In this document: piece after piece, positions 1-9,081 of the stretch
How positions within the stretch are numbered: position 1 is the first letter of the stretch
Layout: every line of letters starts with the position of its first letter
Source of the DNA: an uncultured archaeon
GTDB taxonomy: Archaea; Asgardarchaeota; Lokiarchaeia; Sigyniarchaeales; SOKP01
Assembly (NCBI GenBank): GCA_964447495.1
Contig: CAYUTF010000009.1
Coordinates: 1-54,910, forward strand
DNA: 54,910 nt
Reading direction: 5' to 3'
The notes under the pieces: model-generated
What the model was told of the DNA's origin: nothing
Seen by the model: the letters and a program-made list of their open reading frames with translations, nothing else
Databases searched by the model: none
Made by a program: the position numbers and the translations under genes

Positions 1-465
1 AATTGATTTTTTATTTTTTTCATTATATCTTTGATGATATTCTTCTGCCCTATAAAATTCTGAAATCGGAACTATTTCGGTTACTATAGGTTTCTTATAT
101 TTGCCCAACTTATCGAGTTTTTCCTTAAATTTTAGTGCCTTTTCTCTTTGTTCTTCGTCATGATAAAATACAGCAGAACGATATTGGGTTCCAATATCCC
201 AACCTTGACGATTAAGAGTGGTAGGATTATGCATATCCCAAAAGTATTCTAAAAGTTCTTCATAAGACACTATTGAAGGATCATAGGTTACTTGAACCAC
301 TTCTGCATGACCCGTTTTATTTGTACACACATCCTTGTAAGTTGGATTCTTAGTAGTACCACCAGTATACCCAACTACAGTATCAATTACGCCTTTAACT
401 TTCCTAAATCTTGCTTCTACACCCCAGAAGCAACCTGCACCAAACGTAGCTTTTTCCATCATCAT
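1..465 (-). CDS. msrA: Peptide-methionine (S)-S-oxide reductase MsrA (3' end runs off the window)
   Basis: Not in the ORF track. Manual minus-strand translation from ATG at 465/462/459 gives [15 protein letters not shown]...GYTGG...[18 protein letters not shown]...[20 protein letters not shown]...[11 protein letters not shown], the canonical MsrA motifs. No stop before base 1. Confidence 0.95.
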   Translation of the reverse strand, partial: MMMEKATFGAGCFWGVEARFRKVKGVIDTVVGYTGGTTKNPTYKDVCTNKTGHAEVVQVTYDPSIVSYEELLEYFWDMHNPTTLNRQGWDIGTQYRSAVFYHDEEQREKALKFKEKLDKLGKYKKPIVTEIVPISEFYRAEEYHQRYNEKNKKSI

Positions 466-634
466 AATATTATAATAATAAAAAGCACATAAATTAGTAA
501 GGATAATTGCTCATAACATATTTATGACTTTTACATATATTTCTTAATGATTTGCAAGAAAATTTAAATAGTTAATAAGAAAAATTTAGTTTGGAAAGAT
601 TAAGAGTAATTTAAAAGAACTTATTTCATAGATA

Positions 635-2266
635 TTATAAGTCGTTTTTTTCTCTCAATTCACGATGTAATATTTTTCCAACTATTGTTTTAGGAATTTC
701 ATCAATAAAATCAACAAATCGGGGATATTTTTCGAATCCCATATTCTGTTTTGACCAATCAATAATATCTTGCTCAGTTGTCTTTCCTTTGAACTCATTT
801 TTTAATACAATGAATGCTTTTATATTTTCATTTCCCTCCTCATCAATGATTCCTACAACAGCACAATCATCAATGGCTTCATTATAAAATAATAAATCCT
901 CAACTTCTGTGGGATATACTGAATGGCCTTTGTATTTTATCAAATCTTTTAAACGTTCTTTGATAATAATTCTTCCATCATCATCCATTAAAGCCATATC
1001 TCCGGTTCTAAGCCATCCATCCACAATACTATCCGCAGTTTCTTTTGGTCTCTTGTAATATCCTTTCATCATCTGAGGTCCTCTGACCCATAATTCTCCT
1101 ACCTTATTTAATTCTAAGACCTTCCCATCATCGCCAACAATCTTAACATCTGTACTTGGTAAAGGCATACCAGCGGTTCCCGACTTAAAGTTATCACCAA
1201 ATGTATTTGCCGTGACTGCGGGAGACATTTCAGTTAAACCATAAACTTCTCGAACTTTTGCACCCGAAAGCTCTTCAAACTTCTTTCTCACATCATCTGG
1301 AAGTGGAGCTGCCCCACTAAAGCAAAAATTAATGCTTGATAAATCATGTTTTTCAATACCATCATAATTATTTATATTATTAAACAAAGGGGCTATTCCT
1401 GGAAAGATAGTGACCTTTGTGGATTCTATTGCTTCAATTACTTCATGAGTTTCTCGAGGATTAAACACACATGTTAAAGTATTTCCCATATGAATAACAG
1501 CATTCATAACAAAACACATATATATATGGTAAAAAGGTAAAACAGCTAAAAAGTTCTCTTCCCCTTCTCTAATTCCGCTGAGCCACGTCTTAATTTGATA
1601 TACATTTGCAACAATATTTTTATTAGTTAGCATTGCACCTTTTGGAAATCCTGTAGTGCCCCCCGTATACTGCAACATTGCGATATCTTCGGGATCAATT
1701 TTTATTTTTGGAGGATTTGGTTGTGTTTCTCTTATGATATCCTCAAAAGTGGGATCACCTCCCATAGGAAATTCTGGAGGCTCCATAGGATCCGGTGATA
1801 AATAAGGACCAAGATTACTGTAAAATTTATATTGTACTCCCGTATCTTGAATAATTGGATCTACAATGCCGTTGAAACCCTCCCATCCAATATAGATTTT
1901 AGCATCACTATCATTTAGTTGTCTTTTAACTTCTAAGCTTTTAAACAACGGAGAAAGATTAGTGACTACACCTCCTCCTTTAAGAACTCCATAATAGTAA
2001 GAGATATAGGCAGGATTATTAGTAAATTGAAGTGCTACTGTCTCTCCTTTCTTTAAACCGAGTTCAGCGAGTTTAGTGGCCGTCCGATACGCAATATCTT
2101 GCAATTGCGTATATGTTAATTGAAAACCCATAAAATTGGTGACTGCATTATTAGGAAATTTCTTAACGCTCTCTTCCAAAAAATCAATTAGAGTTTTATT
2201 TGGGATATCAATTGTTTTTGGGACATTCTCAGGCCAGTCTTTGTAATAAATCTTTTGATCTGACAT
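635..2266 (-). CDS. Long-chain-fatty-acid--CoA ligase (AMP-binding, FadD-like)
   Basis: YTGGTTGFPKG AMP-binding motif, YGLTE, GWLRTGD and C-terminal PKTIVGK. Confidence 0.9.
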   Translation of the reverse strand: MSDQKIYYKDWPENVPKTIDIPNKTLIDFLEESVKKFPNNAVTNFMGFQLTYTQLQDIAYRTATKLAELGLKKGETVALQFTNNPAYISYYYGVLKGGGVVTNLSPLFKSLEVKRQLNDSDAKIYIGWEGFNGIVDPIIQDTGVQYKFYSNLGPYLSPDPMEPPEFPMGGDPTFEDIIRETQPNPPKIKIDPEDIAMLQYTGGTTGFPKGAMLTNKNIVANVYQIKTWLSGIREGEENFLAVLPFYHIYMCFVMNAVIHMGNTLTCVFNPRETHEVIEAIESTKVTIFPGIAPLFNNINNYDGIEKHDLSSINFCFSGAAPLPDDVRKKFEELSGAKVREVYGLTEMSPAVTANTFGDNFKSGTAGMPLPSTDVKIVGDDGKVLELNKVGELWVRGPQMMKGYYKRPKETADSIVDGWLRTGDMALMDDDGRIIIKERLKDLIKYKGHSVYPTEVEDLLFYNEAIDDCAVVGIIDEEGNENIKAFIVLKNEFKGKTTEQDIIDWSKQNMGFEKYPRFVDFIDEIPKTIVGKILHRELREKNDL

Positions 2267-2524
2267 AATTATCTTTAAAATTTTTTTATTTTATATAGCA
2301 TCTATTTTCTTTGTTTTATTTTTTATAGTTTTAAAAATTTTTTAAATTGATTAAATACGAAAATAGTACTTTCTAAGGGAATAATTAAATAATAAGTTCT
2401 TCCTTTGTATTGTTTTTCATCTCTTATCAAATAGTACTTTTTATGTTTTAAGTTAAAGTTTTTAATATATAATTTTTTTAGAATGGTATAAAAGAATAGT
2501 CATACAAAATATTATATTACTACA

Positions 2525-3073
2525 TTGGTGATGAAAATAGACCGAGAAGCGGAATTTAAGCTCTGTATATTTGGTGATGGTGGAGTTGGAAAAACCACTT
2601 TAATTAAACGTTACCTTACCAAAATTTTTGAAGAGGATTTAAAAATGACGATTGGAGCAGATTTCAGCATTAAAGATCTGACTGTTGAAGGTAAAAGAGT
2701 AGTTATTAGAATTTGGGATTTTGGAGGCGAGGAAAGATTTAAAATCTTATTACCAAGTTTTGCTAAGGGCGCTAATGGCGGTATTTTCATGTTTGATACG
2801 ACCAGATATTCAAGCCTAAAAAATCTTGATGATTGGTTATCAATATTTGAAAGAAGTACCTTAGATCAACAAATTAAAATTCCTATTATAATGGTGGGAG
2901 GAAAAATTGATCTTGAAAGCAAGCGCTCCGTTGAGTTCGAAGAAGCGGAAGAATTATCAAGTTCTCATAACTTGCATGGACTTTTTGAATGTTCATCGAA
3001 AACAGGAGAAAATATAGAACAGATCTTTGAATTTATAACACGCATTATGATGAAAAATGCGAATTTAATTTAA
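2525..3073 (+). CDS. Rab-like small GTPase (Ras superfamily)
   Basis: G1 GDGGVGKT, TIGADF switch I, G3 WDFGGE, G4 GKID, G5 CSSKTG. Start codon uncertain. Confidence 0.9.
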   Translation: MVMKIDREAEFKLCIFGDGGVGKTTLIKRYLTKIFEEDLKMTIGADFSIKDLTVEGKRVVIRIWDFGGEERFKILLPSFAKGANGGIFMFDTTRYSSLKNLDDWLSIFERSTLDQQIKIPIIMVGGKIDLESKRSVEFEEAEELSSSHNLHGLFECSSKTGENIEQIFEFITRIMMKNANLI

Positions 3074-3214
3074 AAAATCCTCCAATTTTCCTTAATAGAA
3101 CTTTTAATAGAACCAATAATTTTTCTTTAGATATTTCTCTTTAGAATTATATAGGCTATGATTAAATTTTTTTGTAATTCATTTTTTAAATAATAAATTA
3201 AAATTTTTATATTT

Positions 3215-5161
3215 GTGAAGTTTATGATTAAAGATACACGTTTTACAGATGAAGAAGGAACGGTTTTAATGCTAGGAAATGAAGCAGTTGTGAGGGGATG
3301 TCTCGAAGTAGGAGTTAGTTATGTGGCACAATATCCGGGAACTCCGACAAGTGATATTGGAGAGACTTTTCAAAAATTAATAAAAGAAGAATCAGAAGTT
3401 AGTGATTTTCTGATCCATCATTGGGCAATTAACGAGGCTGTAGCTACTTCGGAATGTGCTGGTGCGGCATGGACTGGCTGTAAAGTGTTAAATCCTATGA
3501 AACATGTTGGCCTTAATGTGGCCAGTGATGCCTTGAGTGTTATAGCTTTGAATGGACCTAATCCAGGTGCAATGGTTATCCTTGTGGGAGCCGATCCTGG
3601 AAGTTTAGGTTCACATCAAGAACAAAATGAGCGATTTTATACTTGGATGTTCCATCTTCCGTGTTTTGAACCTCATACTCCTCAAGAATGTAAAGAATTT
3701 ACTAAATTAGCTTTTGAATTATCAGAAAAATTTGATACTGTATTTGAGATTCGTACAACTACTCGTAGTGCTCATTCCAGGGGATATGTAGAATTAGGAC
3801 CTTTAAAAAGAGGGGATGTAAAAGGAAAGTTTGTTAGAAACATTCCTAAATTCAATTCACTCCCTCCCCATGCTATTAACAATCATATTAGATTATATGA
3901 AAGAATTGAAGCTATAAGAAAAATCATTCCTGAGCTTAAAATAAATAAAGTTTATCCTGGAAAAAATAAGATTGGTATAATTACCAGTGGTATGCCATTT
4001 GGTTATTCTATTGAAGCTTTGCAACAACTAGGAATTAATGATGTACCCATCTTGAAATTAGGCATGATTTTCCCTCTGAATTATGAAGAAATCATAGATT
4101 TCATAAGTAATCTTGAAAAAGTGATTATAGTAGAAGAATTAGAGCCTTTCTTGGAGGTAAAAATCGCTGAAATTGCTCATAAATTTAAAATCGATGTGGA
4201 TATTATCGGTCAAGATTATCTTCCAAAATATAATGAATTTTCTACTGGACTTGTGGCAAATCGATTAGCAACAATATTTAATATCAAATCGAATCAAAAA
4301 GTAGATAAAGCAATAGAGATGTTTAATTCATATAAGGATATTATTCCTAGTCGCTTTCCAAGCTTCTGTTCAGGCTGTCCAGAACGTGCCACTCTCTATA
4401 CCATTTTAAAAGCTACTAATAAATTGGAAAACACTGTTGTTTGTGGTGATATTGGTTGTTTTGTAATGAGTTTTTTTCCCCCTCAACAATGTAGTGATTT
4501 AATTATTTGTATGTCGGGAGGTTTGAGCGCTGCTATTGGAATGTCCGAAAAGACAGATCAAAAAGTAATAGCATTCATAGGAGACTCAACATTTCTCCAT
4601 ACTGGGATGGCACCTTTAACAGAGGCAACTAATTATAACTCTAATGTATTATTATTTGTATTTGAGAATTTTTGGACGGCAATGACGGGTCATCAACCTG
4701 TCTTAGGCTTAACAGATAAGCGGTTATCAATAGAAAAAATATGTGAAGCTGTAGGAGTTCCATGGATAAGAGTTGAAGATTCTTATAATCCAAAACAACT
4801 TATTAAAACTATAAATGAAGGTCTAAATACAAAGGGGTTTAAAGTAATAATTGTTAAAAGAGAGTGTGCTCTTCAAGCTCATAGGTGGAGAACAAAGAGA
4901 ATAAAAGAACTTAGACAACAAGGGAAAAAAACGCAAGACACTTCATATTATATTGGAGGATGCCAGCTATGTTATGAATGTGCCCGTATTTTAAGTTGTC
5001 CAGCAATACGGAAAGTTGAGAAAAATGGTATAGAAGAAATGCAAATAGACCAAGAAAGATGCATTAAATGTGGTGTTTGCTATGAAATTTGTCCCAATGG
5101 GGCAATTCGAAAATCTATAATAAATTTATTAGAAGAAGAGGTGCCCTTTCGTGAACTTTGA
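3215..5161 (+). CDS. iorA: Indolepyruvate:ferredoxin oxidoreductase alpha subunit
   Basis: LGNEA, YPGTP, MKHVGLNVA, CSGCP, GDIGC, TPP-binding GDSTFLH..N and two C-terminal 4Fe-4S Cys clusters. The true start is probably ATG 3224. Confidence 0.9.
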   Translation: MKFMIKDTRFTDEEGTVLMLGNEAVVRGCLEVGVSYVAQYPGTPTSDIGETFQKLIKEESEVSDFLIHHWAINEAVATSECAGAAWTGCKVLNPMKHVGLNVASDALSVIALNGPNPGAMVILVGADPGSLGSHQEQNERFYTWMFHLPCFEPHTPQECKEFTKLAFELSEKFDTVFEIRTTTRSAHSRGYVELGPLKRGDVKGKFVRNIPKFNSLPPHAINNHIRLYERIEAIRKIIPELKINKVYPGKNKIGIITSGMPFGYSIEALQQLGINDVPILKLGMIFPLNYEEIIDFISNLEKVIIVEELEPFLEVKIAEIAHKFKIDVDIIGQDYLPKYNEFSTGLVANRLATIFNIKSNQKVDKAIEMFNSYKDIIPSRFPSFCSGCPERATLYTILKATNKLENTVVCGDIGCFVMSFFPPQQCSDLIICMSGGLSAAIGMSEKTDQKVIAFIGDSTFLHTGMAPLTEATNYNSNVLLFVFENFWTAMTGHQPVLGLTDKRLSIEKICEAVGVPWIRVEDSYNPKQLIKTINEGLNTKGFKVIIVKRECALQAHRWRTKRIKELRQQGKKTQDTSYYIGGCQLCYECARILSCPAIRKVEKNGIEEMQIDQERCIKCGVCYEICPNGAIRKSIINLLEEEVPFREL

Positions 5162-5801
5162 AGAGACCGATATCATAAATATTATAATAGCAGGGACTGC
5201 CGGACAGGGCGTGATAACTTTAAAACGATTAATAGAATTCGCCGCACAAAAATCAGGCATAAGAAGATGTTTTGGAACTGAACATCATGGATTAGCACAA
5301 AGAGAAGGAGCAATTGTAAGTCATACACGTTATCAAAAAGAACTATATATAGATGAACTTAAAAATATACAATCCCCCCTAATCTCTTATGGAGATGCAG
5401 ATTTATATATATGTATGGAACCCGTAGAAACATTAAGGCATGGGCTTTTTGCATCAAATAAAACTGCATTTGCATTAAATTCCTATTCCATTCCTGGAGT
5501 AATGATTACTGCTGGTTTAGAAGTATATCCAAATCTGAAAAAAATTGAAGTTATTTTAAGACAATACACTAAAAAAGTATATTTTATGAATGCTACTGAG
5601 CTATCTTTAAATAATTTTAATTCTAATCAATATGTAAATATAATAATGCTTGGGTTTGCCTTAATTACAGAAAAGTTGCCTTTTATAGAACTCGAGTATT
5701 ATGAAGAAGTTATTAAAGAATGGCTCAGAGAACCGGATAATAATATAAAAGCATTACACTTAGGCTTGGAAAAAGGCAAACAAATTATTAATAATATTTA
5801 A
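5151..5801 (+). CDS. iorB: Indolepyruvate:ferredoxin oxidoreductase beta subunit
   Basis: GTAGQG and HGLAQREG motifs. Overlaps the iorA stop; GAGGTG SD precedes the GTG start. Confidence 0.85.
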   Translation: MNFEETDIINIIIAGTAGQGVITLKRLIEFAAQKSGIRRCFGTEHHGLAQREGAIVSHTRYQKELYIDELKNIQSPLISYGDADLYICMEPVETLRHGLFASNKTAFALNSYSIPGVMITAGLEVYPNLKKIEVILRQYTKKVYFMNATELSLNNFNSNQYVNIIMLGFALITEKLPFIELEYYEEVIKEWLREPDNNIKALHLGLEKGKQIINNI

Positions 5802-5823
5802 TTTTCACTTGAAATATAATATT

Positions 5824-6360
5824 TTAACCTGATGTTCTTCGAATTACTTTAACTAAGCCTTTATCTCGTAATTTGCCCATCATATCTTCCACTTCAGATA
5901 AAGGTTTTTGAGCAATTTCTGCACATTGCTCAACTGTATTCATCCCATCACATACTTTCAACAATTTGAACTCTTCCATACTTAGCATGCCTAAATGAAC
6001 ACTCATTTCTGGAACTTCTTTAACAACTATTGGTATTCTTGCTTCTTTACCTGCTTCCAAAGCTTTTGCTCCAACGTCAGTAATACTTGGAGAATCCCCA
6101 AAAAAGCTTTTTACACCTGTAACATCATAATTATCGTTAATATACACATATACCTTGTGTTCTTGCCCAGATATATCATCAGGATCTTCAGGATCAGGAT
6201 AGGGATTGGAATGTGTATGTTCTTTGGTATATATTCCCATTTTAAGTCCATTAATAATCTCCTTTTTATCAAGTTTTAATGCTACCATATTCTGGCATAT
6301 ATCACACCACGCCCAAGCTTCAATTAAGCTAAAATATTTTCTTACTTTATTTTCTGGAAT
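5824..6360 (-). CDS. Hypothetical protein: N-terminal CxxC/His putative Zn domain plus C-terminal winged helix; probable ATT (or ATA 6366) start
   Basis: The frame is open upstream of the track start 6288 and encodes PENKVRKYFSLIEAWAWCDICQN. It is bounded by a TGA inside AAGGTGA. The C-terminus resembles a wHTH (LLKVCDGMNTVEQCAEIAQKPLSEVEDMMGKLRDKGLV). Confidence 0.75.
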   Translation of the reverse strand: MPENKVRKYFSLIEAWAWCDICQNMVALKLDKKEIINGLKMGIYTKEHTHSNPYPDPEDPDDISGQEHKVYVYINDNYDVTGVKSFFGDSPSITDVGAKALEAGKEARIPIVVKEVPEMSVHLGMLSMEEFKLLKVCDGMNTVEQCAEIAQKPLSEVEDMMGKLRDKGLVKVIRRTSG

Positions 6361-6614
6361 CGTTATTCACCTTTACTTTCAAGTATGATGGTTATTTTTT
6401 AGTTTTTATAAGATTATTATATTTTAATTATGTTGTTTATGAATTTAAAGTTTAATTAACTTTCCCATGATATTTTAGTGTAGAAATTAAATTTTAAATT
6501 TATTATAGAAAACCCTCTTATGGGATTTAAGTAATGAATTTAAAAACGAAAAGAATTAAAGTTATTTAATATTTTTTTTTCCATTATAGTTAATTAATTA
6601 GATAATAATTAATA

Positions 6615-6791
6615 ATGTCAAGTTATAAGAAGAATCTATGTTTTTCTTGTGGACGTCCGATTGCTCCTTATGAAGGAGCAGTTCATTTTCCTTGTCCTCA
6701 ATGCGGAGATGTCACTATTTGGAGATGTGAACGTTGCAGAACAATGGGGAACACATATAAATGCTTAAAGTGTGAATTTGAGGGACCTTAA
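6615..6791 (+). CDS. Small Zn-ribbon protein (DUF1610/HVO_2753-like), 58 aa
   Basis: Not in the ORF track. Translation MSSYKKNLCFSCGRPIAPYEGAVHFPCPQCGDVTIWRCERCRTMGNTYKCLKCEFEGP has four CxxC motifs and an EGP end. It sits directly upstream of EF-1beta, the usual archaeal arrangement. Confidence 0.92.
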   Translation: MSSYKKNLCFSCGRPIAPYEGAVHFPCPQCGDVTIWRCERCRTMGNTYKCLKCEFEGP

Positions 6792-6810
6792 ATTAATTTA
6801 TTAAGGTGAA

Positions 6811-7089
6811 GTGAAAAAGATGGGGAAAGAATTCATTGCGTTAATAGATGTTGTACCAGAAGATATAGATGTTGATTTTGAAGAGTTGATATATAAATTA
6901 AAAAACACTCTTCCTGATGTAGCGATTATTGAACGTTATGATATTATGCCCGTAGCTTTTGGATTAAAAAAAGTGAGAGTCCGAGTTAGATATCCAGAAG
7001 AATGGGGCGGAACTGATAAAGTTGAAGAATGTTTTGGAAAAGCTGAAGGAATACAAGGTATCGAAGGTATAGCTTTCTCAAAAGCTTAA
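6811..7089 (+). CDS. ef1b: Translation elongation factor 1-beta
   Basis: PEDIDVDFEEL...PVAFGLKK motif, about 90 aa. Start is GTG 6811 or ATG 6820. Confidence 0.92.
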   Translation: MKKMGKEFIALIDVVPEDIDVDFEELIYKLKNTLPDVAIIERYDIMPVAFGLKKVRVRVRYPEEWGGTDKVEECFGKAEGIQGIEGIAFSKA

Positions 7090-7161
7090 TAATTAATATA
7101 AGAATCAGTTCATCAGATTATTTATTTTTATCACTATTTTTTGTAAATTAAAAAGTCACAG

Positions 7162-9081
7162 TTAAACGATTCGTTTAAACAATTTATCCAACTCCTTAAA
7201 AGAAATAAATTTCAAAGTGGGTCTTCCATGTGCACAGTGATAAGGGTCTTTACAATATGATAAATCGATTATCAGTTTTCTTATCTCTTTTAATGTAAGA
7301 GCATCACCACCACGGATACTTCTATGGCATGCCAAATAATTAATAATTTCTTCACGAACTTCAGAAAAACTTTTATCTTTACCTATCTCAGTTACATCTC
7401 CTATGATTTCTTTAATAACGTCGGGGTTTGGTAATTTATTAATAATCGTTGGAATTTCCCTTAAAATGAAAGTATTCCCTCCAAAATGATCAAAATTAAA
7501 TCCAAGTTTCTTAAATTCCGTTAAATTTGATTGTAAAAAAAATTTTTCACTTGGAGTCACATCAATCTTTAGGGGGCTAATTAAGGTTTGTCGAATTTGT
7601 CTTGTTGTATTATATATATTATAAAAATATTCTTTTTTAACTCTTTCAGAAGCAGCATGCTGATCCAAAATATATAATCCTGCTTGCCCATTTTCATTAA
7701 TTCCTTCTAAAACGATGTAAATATTATTACTCAATTGTCCTGTAGATGAGATAAGTCGAAGCTTGGGGAAATTTTTCTTAAGGATATATTTTTCTCGTAA
7801 ATACGTTTCTGATAAACCATTTTCATTCATCTGGGTATTACTACTCTCTTCATTTAGCTTTAACTGCACGGGAGCTTTAATAGCTCTCAAAGTATCGGAA
7901 TTAACACTACTAAGAGATTTGTTTACTACTGGTTTAAGCGAGGAAATTTTTGTTTTCTCATAGTCTTGAGAAGCTTCAGTATTTTCTCCTCCACCATCCG
8001 AATCTACCGTTAAATTATCCCTTGAAATTTTAGTTGAAGGAGATATAAAATCACTTATTTCTGAAATTGTATATTTATCTTCCTTTTCTATAAAATGTTC
8101 TTTTACAAAATCTCGAATAATAGTATATACTTTATTATAAACAAATTCCTCATCTTCGAACCTGACATGTAACTTTTTTGGGTGAACATTAAAATCAATG
8201 ATAGCAGGATCGAAATGAATTTGTAATATGAAAAATGGATATCTACCTATCATTAATGTGCCTACGTATGCCTCTTGTATAGCTCTATGTAAAAGATCAC
8301 TAATTACATATCTATTATTAAGGAATATGCTTGATTGACTCCTATTATTTCTGGAAATTTGACTATGTCCTAATAACCCTTCAATTCTAATACTAGCATC
8401 TTCATAATTAATTGGTTCCATAAATTTTGCGATTTTTTTACCATAAATATGAAAAACCGTTGTTTTTAAGTCATTTGAAGCAGGACAATTTAGAATAGAT
8501 AAATTATCACTCATGTAAATGAAATGTATCATTGGATAGCATAGAGCATATCTTTGAATTATGTCGGTAATATGTCCTAGTTCTGTTGTATCTTTTTTGA
8601 GAAATTTTTTTCTCGCTGGAATATTATAGAATAAATTTTTTACTTTTATAGTTGTACCTATAGGACTTGCACTTTCATTTGTGGATATTACTTTTCCAGC
8701 TTCAATGAATAATTGTTTTCCTCTATCATTGATCTCGGTTTTAGAAATAATTTCTATTTTACTTACAGTTGCAATACTTGCTAATGCTTCTCCTCTAAAA
8801 CCAATAGAAGTAAGTATAGACAAATCATCAAAACTCTTAATTTTACTACTTGTATGCCTTTCAAAGGCAATTTCAAGTTCTTCTGGGACAATCCCAATTC
8901 CATCATCTACAATCTGAATCAATTCCTTACCAGCTTTTCGTATTATTATTCGAATTTCTTTAGCTTTTGCATCAATACTATTTTCTACTAGTTCCTTAAC
9001 TACATTTGCAGGTCGTTCTATTACTTCACCGGCAGCAATTTTTTCGAAACCAATAATTTTCTTAATTTGAGGGCGATTCAT
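7162..9081 (-). CDS. mutL: DNA mismatch repair endonuclease MutL
   Basis: IAAGEVIERP, KELVENSIDA, GFRGEAL, DFNVHP and endonuclease motifs DQHAASERVKKE, ACH, CAHGRP. Confidence 0.97.
   Translation of the reverse strand: MNRPQIKKIIGFEKIAAGEVIERPANVVKELVENSIDAKAKEIRIIIRKAGKELIQIVDDGIGIVPEELEIAFERHTSSKIKSFDDLSILTSIGFRGEALASIATVSKIEIISKTEINDRGKQLFIEAGKVISTNESASPIGTTIKVKNLFYNIPARKKFLKKDTTELGHITDIIQRYALCYPMIHFIYMSDNLSILNCPASNDLKTTVFHIYGKKIAKFMEPINYEDASIRIEGLLGHSQISRNNRSQSSIFLNNRYVISDLLHRAIQEAYVGTLMIGRYPFFILQIHFDPAIIDFNVHPKKLHVRFEDEEFVYNKVYTIIRDFVKEHFIEKEDKYTISEISDFISPSTKISRDNLTVDSDGGGENTEASQDYEKTKISSLKPVVNKSLSSVNSDTLRAIKAPVQLKLNEESSNTQMNENGLSETYLREKYILKKNFPKLRLISSTGQLSNNIYIVLEGINENGQAGLYILDQHAASERVKKEYFYNIYNTTRQIRQTLISPLKIDVTPSEKFFLQSNLTEFKKLGFNFDHFGGNTFILREIPTIINKLPNPDVIKEIIGDVTEIGKDKSFSEVREEIINYLACHRSIRGGDALTLKEIRKLIIDLSYCKDPYHCAHGRPTLKFISFKELDKLFKRIV

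Noticed and set aside
292-492. 66 aa plus-strand ORF
   Set aside because: Antisense shadow of msrA.
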